Shown in pieces: positions 48,601 to 62,000 of a stretch of DNA of 64,000 nucleotides. This DNA comes from Phoronis australis (Eukaryota > Animalia > Phoronida), in the NCBI GenBank assembly GCA_002633005.1, contig NMRA01000035.1, forward strand, positions 248,001 to 312,000, in the 5' to 3' direction. Both the position numbers and the translations under genes were made by a program. Within the stretch, counting starts at the first letter, position 1. Each line of letters opens with the position of its first letter. The notes beneath the pieces were generated by a model, which had not been told where the DNA came from, did not search any database, and worked only from the letters and a program-made list of their open reading frames with translations.

Positions 48601-51532
48601 CGGGAAAACTGAATTAAATGAACACTTCCTGGAAACTTTCCACTTAAACAAGATTGCGAACAAAGAATAAATATCCCAGAGATTTAGTTATCTGAGCGTG
48701 AGGATGTCAATGACCTCTAGGAATTACTGATTTACAAAGTTGGATGAGATATGCTGCCTTTTATGGCCAGCTTAAGTTCATGCCTATTCGTCAACATTAG
48801 AAAATAATATTTTCCGAAGTGTTTCGCGTACGAGCGCGTGCGCCAACATTTCAGGTACATCTGCAGGCGACTATCCCTTGTACATGTGTTCGTTTGTCTT
48901 AAACCAGGCGTTGTGTCCAGCGTTTACATTTTCATTGAAATATTTAGTAGTTGAATTGAATACACGCCGACGTTTAGAATTTTGTAACGCTAGATAAGTC
49001 GGGTTTTATTCACATGATTTTTCCTGTTTTTCTCAAGTGTTTGACATTTGCACGCGCACGTGCCCAATTCCGGATAATATAGGCGTAAAGCGGTCATATA
49101 TAAGTTCAGTCATGTAAAATCATAGCTCCTTAATAAAAGAAGACGCTCTCGTATTTTTAAAAACTTAAAACGTAGCAGTAACTGAGTTATGTGGTCGGGA
49201 AGGAAATCTTTTGCCTGGTGACTTTTTAGCACCCATATTTACTTGATCAGTGCATAATTGTGACCCCTTTGCAGGCAATTGATTTACTAAGATTAGTTCC
49301 AATAAACATCGATTCTTCTGAAGCCCAGGAACCTTTTAGAATGTTGTCCAGAAACAAGTTAAGACCAGGGTCTGTTTCATGAAAGGTGACTTGAAACTGA
49401 AAGTCAGGAATTATTTCATAAAAATAATTAAATTTCACTTGACCAAAAGTGCAGTCTCTGAGGATTTATACATAAGTGATAGTTACTGAGATAATTTCTG
49501 TGAATTATTTCTAGACTGTGATACGCTCATGTTTACTTGGCTAAATCTTTATTCAGCAATGCCGATGTGGAAGTTTAAGACCAAATTATTTTCTGTTCTA
49601 AGGCTTAGTAAGTTATTTTCATGAAAGGAACTCCTGGCGTACATTCTGTAGAGGAAAACGCAAAAACACTCAAACCTTCGCGAGATATCACCAATGCACC
49701 AACGGAAGCACGTGGTCACAACAGCTTCTTTAAAGAGATCCTAAACTAAAAAACTGCAGCTTAGGCGTCTAGTTCCGGGGTGGGGGTGGCGTGGAGTAAA
49801 CGTGCCGAACGTTACTAAGGTACCGTTAACTTTCTATGATGTTGTTTGAAACAACCCGAGAAGAGAGTTTTGTGGTTTTAAAAACACGTCACACCATGAA
49901 CGCAAAATATTCTTTGTCTATGCTTCGATTTCACCATGTCTAGTCGAAATTGTCGTCAAGATGAGTTCAAAAGCAGATGAAATGACATAGACAATATCGT
50001 GGTGTCAAAATTCATATTTAATTTACATTTCAGTCAGAGGTTGTCAGTTCCAAACAGGTAGAAGAAAAGTCTTGTGTTACTGGAGACGAGCGATCTATTA
50101 ATATTTTGTGAAAAGAGAAACGTCTCTGCTATGAATTTAACAATAGTGTTGAACTTAGTCGTTGTGTTTATTACAACTTTTTTCAAGTGCTTTGGGTTTC
50201 GTGCGGTTTGTGCGAATATACCGGATTGTAACACAAAATTTTCGTGGCAAAATCTAGGATGAAAAGCTTACACGTAAGTGGGCTCGCAGTGCAAGGTATG
50301 TAAGCTTACTATTGACGGAACTAACAAAATTAGCTTAACACATAAAACAATTATCTTCAAAATTACTTATTACTTCCACGTCACCAGAGGCAAAATCACC
50401 TGAACTAAAAATATCTAAAAAAACAACCACTCTCGATTTGGTTACTAATCACTCTATTGTTCTTGTGGGCAACGAAACAATCTAGCAATTGCTATTGTCT
50501 CCGCGGTTGTTTTTATTACATTCGAGATAATTAAAGCAAAGTGACTGTGTTTATTCGACTCGTATAACCAGGTATTAATTTTCTTTGAAACGAGAGATTA
50601 GTTGGAAAATTGAAGTCATCAACGCTTTCGATGTTGGCAAACCTCTCTGACCACTGAAGACAATGAACGGAGATGCCATTATAAAATTGGAAATGATTAA
50701 CTCGACATAATTTTAAAATCGCCATAGTTTGTGTTAATTAAAAGTTCTGTTTTGGAAATGTCATAGATGCGTCGTAGACACGGCGCGTGTCGAACCATTG
50801 TCTTGGTGAGGTTTATCGTCCACTTATTTAAATATCGTTCTCCGAATCAATAGGTAACGCACGCGACCCACGTGCACAGCCCTGAAACTAATTACTTCGT
50901 CAGCAGAAGATTGAAATAAACACAACATTTTTGCCTTAGAGGTGCAATACTAGACAGATAAAAGAAAAATGAACTTCAGTTTCAAACAGTGAGTGAATTA
51001 AAGAAAAACAATAGACACGTGAAATGTATGCGACTACCAGTAATTCATTTCGTTTTAATGACATCAAGAGAAATTATGCAAAAAGTCAACCCCATTGTGT
51101 TTTGAAATATGGCATCTTTTCTTTGAAGATATTTCTTGATTAGGATTTCATGTAATTGGTTAGAGTACCCGTCTTAAGATCTCAAATACGTGTGCCACGC
51201 TGAATTCTTTTATAATTTTCAAATATTCGACCATTTAGCATTACATTTGAAAGAAATAAGCACGACTTCAATAGTCTTATCTTTTATAATCCCGAGTGAG
51301 TGGAAATAATCTTTATGGCCACAATGCCCTGTTTCTTATGTTCTTTTCAAAGCGGATATAAACTTGCTCTCCGGCAAAGAAAGTAATTTTGATTTAGACG
51401 CATTCCGCTATAAAATTTGCCTAAGTTGTTCCTCACTCAGACGAGAAGTGACTTCAGGGCTTGCAAAGAACTGGCGCCTAAAACGACTCGCTGTGACAAG
51501 CCATCTTCTGGAGTCTGGTCTCAAGCAATAAC

Positions 51533-51924
51533 GAATCATACGCACGAGCACCACATCTTACGCCCGAACCACATACGAACGTATGAATCATACATACGAA
51601 CCCATGAACGATGCTTACGAAACCAAAAAATCACGCATACGAACAAAAATCATGCGCACGAACCACAAAAATTATACATACGAACACAAAATCGCACGCA
51701 CGAACATCGAATAACACGCACGTAGACTTTATCGTTTGGTGGTTCGTACGTATGATTCGGATGCTAGTGCTTATGATTTGTGTGCGCATGTGATTTTTGT
51801 GGTGTGTGCGCATGATATTTGTTCGTAAACGTGATTTTTTAGGTTCGTATTCAGCATTCATGAGCTCGTATGCATGATTCATAGGTGGTTCGTTCGTAAG
51901 ATGCTGTGCTCGTGCGTATGATTC
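51533..51924. mobile_element. Foldback element with internally repetitive arms
   Basis: Perfect terminal GAATCATACGCACGAGCAC / GTGCTCGTGCGTATGATTC; arms made of ~20-bp ACGAAC-containing subrepeats that flip strand near 51725. Confidence 0.85.
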
Positions 51925-52994
51925 TATACCTCTGGATTTGGCTGAAGAGCAATTGAGAGTAATTCCGCGATTAAAAGTTATTATTTGTAGCGGAAGGCGG
52001 GTATATAGCCGTTTAAGTGCCACTTTGTTTTTGTTTTGTTTTTTCTAGTCGCCAAAACGTTTAAATTAGTCGAGAACAACGGATGCCACCGCGGAACGCT
52101 CTTTTTGTTGACAGTTCTTAATTTAATCATTTTTGCAACTGAAAAAGAAATGAAACAAAACGGCATATGCACAATTCAAAAATGAAAACACTTCTTTCCA
52201 TTTTCACTCTTTATTAAACCTAAAAACGTGTCACATTATTGTGACGTATCATGTAAAACATCAAATGTTGAATTGTGATTCAAGTTGAAAAATGCCTTGA
52301 ACTCAAAACTGAAGTGAATAGCCTTCGAAATTCTTCCCGTTTTACCGACTGTGAAAGTTTCGACATCATGTAACATGTGATTAGACGTAGAAGATTACAG
52401 GTTACATTTATCATCTCATGTCGCTTATAACCGAACAAAGGATGTTTTGTGTACGATCCTAAAGATGTCACTCACAGACTATTTTGTTCTGTAAGGCTTA
52501 CTTTCACCATAGTTAAACTACAGAAGAGATTTAAGAGAGTCCTGCCTCTTCAGTTTTGGGGAAATCGTCAAATGCATTGCAATATCAACAAATTTAAGTA
52601 AAGCAAATATCCCCAAATCAACACTTCTTTTATCAAAACAGTCATAATGAAATATAGACATTTAACTCAGCGTTACCCAGATGCGTCAAAATAGCCAAAG
52701 CAAAATAAAATAAGAACGCATTGCTTTAATCCATAAATGTAAAGAATAAGACCTATGAGCCTCGTTTTAACCAAAGTATGACCATAGACAACAAGTGCTA
52801 ACTTGCCTTATGTCACGACACGATTTTTGTCACGCGTAGCAAAATGTAATCGTTTAAAGGTGACCTCAACCGTTTTTAATGTTACGTTTAATACAAATAC
52901 GGATTCCTGGTTATCTCGGAGATATATTTTCCACGTTAAATACTCTTCTCTGGCGAGTATTCGTTATCCATTAAAAATATAAAAAGTGACGTGA

Positions 52995-53158
52995 ACAGTC
53001 CAGTAAAAGACCTGGGTAGACTTTAGTAGCTGTCTCGCGTCTAGAAAAATTTAGGTAAAATCACGTGTTCTTATTTAAAATGCACGGCACTATCTCACAT
53101 AATTTCGCAAAGTCTTGCTTTTAGCGAGGTCCTTGCGTAGATCCTAGCGTTACTGAAC
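52995..53158. mobile_element. Decayed copy of the MITE at 63668-63827
   Basis: TATCTCACATAATTTCGCAAAGTCTTGCTTTTAGCGAGGTCC...CCTAGCGTTACTGAAC shared; left boundary approximate. Confidence 0.65.
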
Positions 53159-53730
53159 TCTACCCATCATGAGTTCCACACTGACCAAACATAATGTTCT
53201 ACTTGCTACTGTTGCAAACTGTGTCTACTCAATGAAAGTGTATGCAGGACCGTGATGTTGACAGTTTGCTGGGGATTGTAATTAACAGGAAAACGTCTCT
53301 CCAAAAAACCAGGGATTTGCATTCGTAGAAAATGCAATTTAAAATATAACTGTTTTCCTCGTCTATTATAAAAAAAACGATTGCTATTCCCTTTAAAGGA
53401 TCATTTTAACGTTGTTTAGCAGTCGATTTTGAATTTTTATCTGAAACGCTTTGGAGTTAAAACATTACAACGGTAGTCCGATCTTGAATTGTTATTGAAT
53501 GAACTGGAAATCCAAGTCACAGGCAAATGCGCCATTTTCGAATTCTCAGTTGTAGGGTTGATGAACCCCAATAAACTGTGGAGCGTTTTCTTGAGTCGCT
53601 GATTGCTTCAGTGTTCTTGATGGTAACAGAAATAGAATCCGATAGGAAGTATTTTGAGACCGATTTTGTGAGAGTAAAAGGCCTTACTCCATTTTTTCTA
53701 AACAGGGCGAAATGCAGATTTAACGTTTAA

Positions 53731-53794
53731 CACTTGCCACTGTGTGAAAGGATCATCGACACTCGCCACTGTGTGAAAGATATCAACGAAACTC
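53731..53794. repeat. 29-bp tandem duplication
   Basis: CACT-GCCACTGTGTGAAAG twice. Confidence 0.8.
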
Positions 53795-54049
53795 AACGCT
53801 AGAATACAGGTTTAACAGTTTTGGGTACATACACACTCAAATACTCACCTTCAACATAGGTGCAGTCAAACGTTGGAAAGCTGCTCTAAAATCAAATAAA
53901 TTCGTGTACTGCTGATATATGCAAACTGTTTTTAAAACATTATCATCTGAAGGAAACTCGTTTCATAATTTAGATAACCAGAAAAGAAGGAGTAGCTTTA
54001 AATTGATGATTTTTAAACTAGAAAGTTTGATTTTAGATAGACATTTGAA

Positions 54050-54245
54050 GTTGTTGCGACACATGTTGTCCCACTACATACCCGTGCGACAATATACTCC
54101 AAGTGCGACAATATACTCCAAGTGCGACAATATATGCCGTCAACATCGATACATATTGTTGTGCGGGCGACAATGTGTGTTGCGGCTCACGACATACTAC
54201 CCGCAGCCGACGACAATGTGCACGAGCGCAGCAATATATGCAACA
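54050..54245. repeat. GCGACAATATA-based tandem array (19-bp core units at 54084, 54103, 54122)
   Basis: GTGCGACAATATACTCCAA x2.7 with degenerate flanking units. Confidence 0.8.
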
Positions 54246-57200
54246 GCAGTCTCGTTCGGCTTGCATTGAGCGAAACAGTTGGTCCATCAATTTGGTAGTT
54301 GCTGAGTATGTTACTCCTCAGACGGATACTTAGGACAGCACACAAAAAAGACCTATTTTTGGGAGGCTCAATGAAAAAGTCACCCACTCATACAAGCTAT
54401 ATCAACGTTTAGGTTTTCTATCTTTAAAAGTGACCATATTGTTGGGAATATCCGAAAAAAACACCCAGTAGGGAATTCAATCAGAAAACTTACACTTTGT
54501 TTTAGGGAATGTGGACGTGAAAAAATACCAATCTGAACGGCACTCCCGGGCGCACCTATGGAGTATCCCGTGATGGTTACCCTCTATAAATGTGGTATAA
54601 AATCTACTACCCTTTCTTCACACTTTTTGCATTTAAATACTAAAAAATCAAAAAGTCATTAATTTACATGTTCTTATCGTTTTCTTTCGAGGAGCCCGGA
54701 CGCCCTGTTTGGCATAAAGTTTCCCTTCGATTTTGTATCGTCTCCCCATGATCTTGGATCCGCGCCTGTTCAATGGACTCATTTTCATGTCACGTGGAGC
54801 TTGTCTGACGACTAATAGATCGGGAAGGTTAGTTAGTCCAAACAAACTTCATCTGAACAATTTAGTTGCTAAGCTGTGGCACGTGCGCCACTGCACACGC
54901 TTTTGTTTATCTGCGAAGGTAAACGTGAGCTGAAGACTCGTGGACTAATTAACCATTTTGGTAATTAATTTATGTTCTCTTGATTTGTGCGGGTTGCTCT
55001 TAGAGGCTCTAATCATTTGTGTCTAAATTTGATCATGAACGCTCAAGATTATGTGAGGCTAAGAACACATAGATCGTAAAATTTTCGTTTACATTAGAGA
55101 TTGGCCGAGATTTGGAACTACATTAAGGACAGATATCCAATTGTTTGTCACGTGCTTGAAGCCCTAGGAGGCTACATCGCGCTATCGGTCACAACTTCTC
55201 GTATTCGAATTCATATCAAAGTGTCATTGCTTTCCTATTTACGGTCATCAAACAGGCAGATTAACACAAATAAATTGACCTTCAAATATCCTGTTTTCTT
55301 CCATCAACGGGAAATGGGAGACCGTCGTCCGAGAGGACGACAAGAGAACCTACAAACTTGTTTGGCAATGGGAATTATGTTCAAGTATTTTGTGAAGTTG
55401 TGTGACCTGATTCATAATTTCCATTTAGAAATGAGCAAGAAGGAAGTCACTAATTTGACGAAGAATGATCGTACATGTACGTGAACATTCATCGCCTTTT
55501 TCTACGCGAAGTTAACTCTACTGAATGTGTAATATCATAAAATTACTCACAACATCTTGGCACATACAACGTCAAATCATTCCGTTGACGTTGACTGTAA
55601 ATTTAAACGACCTCGTCGAAACGCGACCGAAAACGTAGTGACTAAGACATGAAATACAGTGCACATGCTCATGGGTTTTCAATGATCTATTCTGCGTGCA
55701 GTTTCTGCTCGGCCTTAGTGAAGTTTTTATGACAACTACATGGATTTCTACACATATTTAACAATGACGTGGAACGGTTTTCCTGCTTTTGTTTTGTTTA
55801 AATTGCAAAAACATGACTGCTAATGGTAACGCTGTCATTGGACTTCGGTTGTCGCTAGAAAAACGAAATCTTAACATTAGTGAAGTGATACGTAGAAACA
55901 ACGGTTCTCGATTTCCAAAAATCTGTAGTCGAAACCATGTTATTGGTGATGAATTGTTGTTTTTTTTCAGATGGTGCTTCTAAAAGCGAAATGTTGCTCA
56001 CGATCTTGTTCATATCTGCGCACTGTGTCGTGTCCACGAAATGCAGTTATTGTTTAAAAAATCAAATATTTGTATTTCTTAGTGCAGTCTGTGTCCTGCT
56101 TGTAGAATAATCAGTTATAACATTTGTAAACCATACTTTCGTAGTTCGTGCTTATCAAAATTAGACTAATACCTTTGTTACCACGTGATTAATAACTCAC
56201 CTGCTCGGAAAAAATCTTTCGTCAATTATCAATTACTAATTATCTGGCTATTTTTATGTTTCTTTTTTTCAAGCCCCGTCACGGAACGTTAATAACTGTG
56301 TACAATAACCCTAATATATCGAGAAACTAACAATGAGTTGTAATTTATACACGCTCACAATAAAATCATTTACATAAATTATTTTTCTACAACAGCTCGA
56401 ATACAACGCACAGTCGATAGATGCATCGTTTACTTAAGATATTTGTCGGAAAGTAGCAATCTAACTTTTAATTCAAAATTATCTATGCGAGCTACTGCTA
56501 GATCTTAACAAATTAGTATTGCATCAGAATAAATACTTTTAATTGACTCAAGTCACTAATTAGTTCACAGATAAGGCGAGAGTACCAATTAAGCAATGTC
56601 TTTCGCTAACACCTGCATTTTTGATTTTTTTGCAAAACCTGTCTTTTCAGAAACATTTAATCTCGATTCCTGGCGATAACAATATATGCCAATCAAACAT
56701 AAGAAAAATGATATTTCTAGCTGTTCTATGTCCCCGGGCCATTACCACGCCATAGCGGTGGTCATGTTAGTACACATGAAAGTAAGTATTTTCACACAAG
56801 ACGTATAATGTAAGTTTTCTTAATGAAAGGCGGTTTCCAAAATGGAACTATATTGTCGACGATAAAAGCGTCGTTTTTAATGGCTTTTGTAACTTATGTT
56901 CGTATGAAATATCTTTGCGTTCAAAAATTACACGTTTTTCCAACAGTTGTGTCGGCTAAAAATGTTTGCATCCCTCTCCATAGTTGCAGTGATGAAATTA
57001 ATAACCATGCATTTCATTACGTAATTATAATATGCTCTTATGAATTCACGAGTGTTCCGCATGTGGTAGTAATTTACACTAGTTATTTACGAAAGCGTCG
57101 CGTTCGATAAATAAACACGTGACTAGTTTTGGTCTGCGCCCGATTATTTTGGAAATTTGCGCCTCACTGTTAAGAAAAAAAGAAACGCTCCTACATGATT

Positions 57201-58917
57201 GAGTGGAGAGGAAACATTCCGACCCAATTCAGCTAGAAAGGAAAGCAATGGTTCCGACCTATTTTTGATAGCATCAGGTGATATTTTATTTTCTAAAATA
57301 TAAAGAATTAATAAAAGTGCCGCATCACTGCATCGATTTTCAAATAAACATAGATGGAAACGAGTTGTGCTATTATATGACGTTACCTTAGTCTCATTCT
57401 GGACCAGTTTGTCGTTAGATAAAACTATGACGAGCGTCATTTCACACAAAAAACAAGGGTTCATAATTTGACAGGTACTTAAACAATTTTCTTTCATGAC
57501 ACTAAGGAAAAAACAATAGCATTTTCGTTTGTTTTTACAACTTGTCACAAAGTGAACTGAGTAAGTATTTAGGCCATGTGAGTCAGTGAATCCATAGTTT
57601 CGTCTATCCTTGACGTTTCAAAACCTGTCCGATAGCATTTACTAATAACGTGCTTATTTTTTCTCATCTTGATGTTCTTCCACCATTATTTCAGGGAGGA
57701 TGGGGTGAGGAGGGGGGAGGNGGATAGTGTACTTAATTGGCGACATTTGCAGACGTGCCGTGGGCTTCTATACGAAATAATGCCTTTTTCGCGGTCTTTT
57801 TCTTTCTCAATTGCTTCGCATATTGGCGCATGCGCCTAAGTTTTGCATAAAAGCCCAAGTAGTGTCCCCTGCAAGGACCCACACATTAATTTGCATATAG
57901 GCACACCCGTGATGACTATCGCTGTGCCTTCTGATGGCAATTTTTTAAAATTTGCCTCTGTATCTTTAGAGCTCCTTGGCGTATTTTCAAGAAATTTGTT
58001 AAATCTTGTAGTGTGGGCATCAAAATCATTGCCAAGCAACCATTTCTGCTTTAATAACTGTGCTTGATTTCTTTTGCATCCTTGTCTAGTGAATTGTCTC
58101 TTTGCCGAACTATTTTTGCGCGGACTCAAAAAATGTCTTCGGTTTCCACAACACGTTGTTCGGCAAATGAAGTGATCCTGCTCGTGGACGAGACGATCTC
58201 GCCACCCGGTGAGTGGCAAGCTCGTGTTATTGGTAAAATTTTCGTGAACGCTCCCAACAAATGGGCCACGTTTATCTTGCCTGAGTGAAATTTCATCTGA
58301 TCGACTCTCTAAATGGATGGGTATCTCAATCTTCCAGTGGCACCCTCGTGAAAAATATTGTCGAGTCATCTGGGTACCTGATGAAGCGCCGTGATATAGT
58401 TTGCAAGCTGATGTTTTACTAAATGCAATAACGGTTGAAGGATTTTAACATCACAGAAGCCTTTTGTGAAATGACGAGTTCAAACCCGCATTGGTAATTG
58501 ACTCAATATGGAACACAACTGCACCACCATCTTCGAACTTCTCTACCATAGTCTTTATAGACACCTTATTCACAGAGCTACCCTATATATTATAAAAGTT
58601 AAATTTTCAACGCCCTTCACAAAATAACACCCGGAAGAGGAATTGCATTGAAAATATGGATAATTTTTTACTATTTCGCGCCATGTTTTTCGAACGTGGT
58701 CACACTATTAGAACATGTTTGATTACTAATTCATCAAGTGTTCGTTTTATCCGAACTCGTTCTTATTTTGTCGTGTGACAATATGAGTTTGTTACTCAAA
58801 TTGGCTTTTAGTGCATTGAATAATACATCACTGAAATCTTTTCAGAATTTGGGGGTATATCTTCCAATACAAAGACACAAGTGGCTTGAAGGACATTCCT
58901 GTCAATTCAGCTCAGGT

Positions 58918-59095
58918 GGGCCCGTGGCTAAGTGAGGTACTCATCGAGTGTTGGACTGTACACTCCAACCTAATTGCCCCTCTCAAGCCAGGCGGAACAG
59001 GGGCTCGAATACCTTGCACGAGAGCTGATTAGTAATAACTAGCTATCATTCCCGCAGCGTGAGCACTGCTGTTTGTTTAGAAAACAATAAAAAAT
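58918..59095 (+). mobile_element. Possible tRNA-derived SINE
   Basis: GGGCCCGTGGCTAAGTGAGGTA (A-box-like), TTGGACTGTACACTCCAA stem-loop, GGCTCGAATACC (B-box-like), AATAAAAAA ~75 nt later; no clean acceptor stem. Confidence 0.4.
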
Positions 59096-62000
59096 TGTCA
59101 CATGAAGGCTAAGGCTGTGGTTCAGAATCTCGACCAATTTTGTAGCAATGTAAAGACAGACACTTGCTTTCGCAATGATGATATTGTTTTTACATCAGTG
59201 ATCGTGAAATCATTGCCATAGGTTTTGGAGGTGTTCATCTCTTTCTTTCCGTATTTCCCCAGGTCAACCTAAAATAGGCTGCTTCGCTCATCTTTGGATC
59301 ACCATTAGGTTAGCTGAACAACTCTTGTTGCAATACGAGAATGACAGAACGCAGTCTGACGATCATGGTTAGACCTGTAGATATGACAAAGCAGTGTTGT
59401 TGAGCCAGGGTCTGCGAAAGATAACTGCGAACAGCTTGTAAACTGCTCTGGTTGAGCGTCACCGCAGACTGGGTTCTGAGACCGAGCCACCGTTCTGCTG
59501 CAGCACCCCGTCACTTCAAAGTGCGCAGATGCCACCGATATCTGTTATATTTAATTTAGTTGTTTCCTCCCGTGACCACTATTTCATTGTGGAAGGCAGC
59601 TTGCAATGTAATAAATTTCTCAATTTTGCGTCACAGGCTGTGCACCCATACAATGAATGCAAAGTGCAGATGAAGACGACATGGCGAGGCAAATGTCACG
59701 ATTCTCGTTTACAAACTATGACATTTACACTTCAGTAGAAACGGTTGTTTCTCTGTTAGAGATCAGTTTATACTGTGCTGTCTATATCTCGTATAGGTCA
59801 TTCTATGGTAGATGTATAAAGTTAAACGACCCTCCGTCCTCTATCGTCATTGGCTTACCGTTTTTCGATCTAAAAACATTAATACAAAATGCAACTGAAC
59901 ATATTTTTTGAAACGACTTTCCTTGAAAGTAAAAGTTGTCATGCAGTTAGACGGGTGCATGAACCCACACTCACTGAGACTTTTAGATTGGAAAACGCTC
60001 TGAGAAGCATCAAAACATTATCAGTGCTATCATTACCGTTTAATCTCTATCGCCTGGTGCAGCAAAATGCGCTACCATTTTCTCATATGTTTCTCATGAA
60101 GCGCCCCAAATTACACAAGAGGTAAGCTTCAACTTCTTAAGCCCACCATAGGAAGATGATGTAGTGTCATATTACTGTCACGTGACATCAAGTGAGACAC
60201 TCGGTAGTTTAATACGAGAGTTCACTATTGTTGGGCAAATCATCCAGAAAATTGATTAAGTTCGCCTCTTGGTTTTCTTCGAGGAGCTTTCCAATTAGAT
60301 TATAAGCCGTCAATACATATTGTTCAGAACTGTCAAGTTTGTCATGGGGTCTAACGAACCAGCTGGGACTATTTTACGGCAATTTCACGATTCCCACACC
60401 TAATTAATTTGAAAGGCACCATGGGACTATAACTTAAGGAGGGATGGAACGCGAAAGCTCGCCAAAATGTCTTTTAAACAATTCCTGACGAAAGTACCAT
60501 TTCGCAACGTGTACTACAGAGTTATTCACGTTCCCCAGGCGGGAATTTCCAGAAAAAGAGGCACAATTCACGATTTCTGAAATACGCGAAGGAAAAACTT
60601 TGTAGTCACCACAGAGTTTCTAATCGCCCTCCCACATATGATAAACGCGCGCATGCGCTCACAGTCATTCGACAAGCAGGTGACTGACAAGATGAATATT
60701 AACGGCAGATTATCATGTGGGATGGCATTCCGAATCTGTGGTCAACGGCACAGTATGAGGCAAGCCAGTGAAACAAGCAATTTCCTAAGAATAATTCCAT
60801 GCATTTTAGAATGTATTTGAATACTACGATACCTTTATAACTAATTTTAAATAGACATGACTTACACCAGTTGCTTCTTAATGGGACTGGTTGTTGCTTG
60901 AAGTCACCATTGGTCTGTTTACATCAAAGGTCAAAGGTCACATTTTCCATGTAAGGGAAATGTGCACCGTCCATGTCTTGCTAAACCAAATAGTGCTTTG
61001 CCTTGTGGGAGAATGCTCAACGAAGTGACGAGCACTTGACAGATCGTTTTTCGGAAATTTGAAGCTAAAAGAAAAATGCTTTGATATCAACAGAAATGCA
61101 AACTGTTTACAAACAAACTGTAAAAATACATGTCGAACAGATTCAATTTAGTGGCAGAGAACTACTTTGAATAATGTAATTCAGTCTAATTTTCGCGTTC
61201 CAGTCATTGTTCTGTTTTGTATGAAGTTTAAAAATATGAAAGGTTAAGAGAATTGTCATTTCAACATTGATTATTAGTATTCGTTACTTGGTTTCAAAAA
61301 GTATATCTGAGAATGTAAGAAACGGTAAAGTTCATAAAGAAAAATATTCATTTTGACGACAGACAGACCTTAGGAAAGAAAATCGATTTTAAAAAGATTT
61401 AAATAATCTTATTTTGGATTTTAGAACATTGCTCGACTTTCAATTTTAAAATCTTGATAGAAAATACATTTGTTCCTTGCGGACATGCCCATCTTTAGAC
61501 ACGTTCAGTGCATGTAATTAAAGTTTATTGCAGTACACCTAGGACGTACAGTTGGAAAAATATGCATAGTTGAATCATAAACCGTTCTCAGTTTCATAGG
61601 AAGTGGACACCAAGCCGTAACTAAGATTAAATTTTCCAAAATCAATCCGACCTATGGAGACAGTTATTTATGTTGTGTACTGACGCTCTTGGTTTCAATA
61701 CTTGCGTGCCGGCGGCAATAATCGGGTATAACGCGCCCGTATTTTGATAACCAGTTTGTTGCCAGTTATTCAGTAGAGAAAACTGGTACTCAGAATTCGA
61801 GCACGACGGTTATTTGCGACCATTACGCGTGCCGGCTACACTATTGATACACCCGAGAATAGATTCTTCACTTTCAAATACACACGGCTGATATTTTCCA
61901 GATATACGCCCCAGGACTTCCTGCAGGAAACTCCGGTGTGTGAGATTCAACAGGTGGTCAGTAGACAATAAACGCAATGAAGAGAAGCTGTCTACGTGCG

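Noticed and set aside
57836-58550. 177-aa ORF and an RYPDDSTIF string resembling an RT YxDD motif
   Set aside because: Many stops and spacing to other RT motifs does not fit; at most an unidentifiable relic without a profile search.
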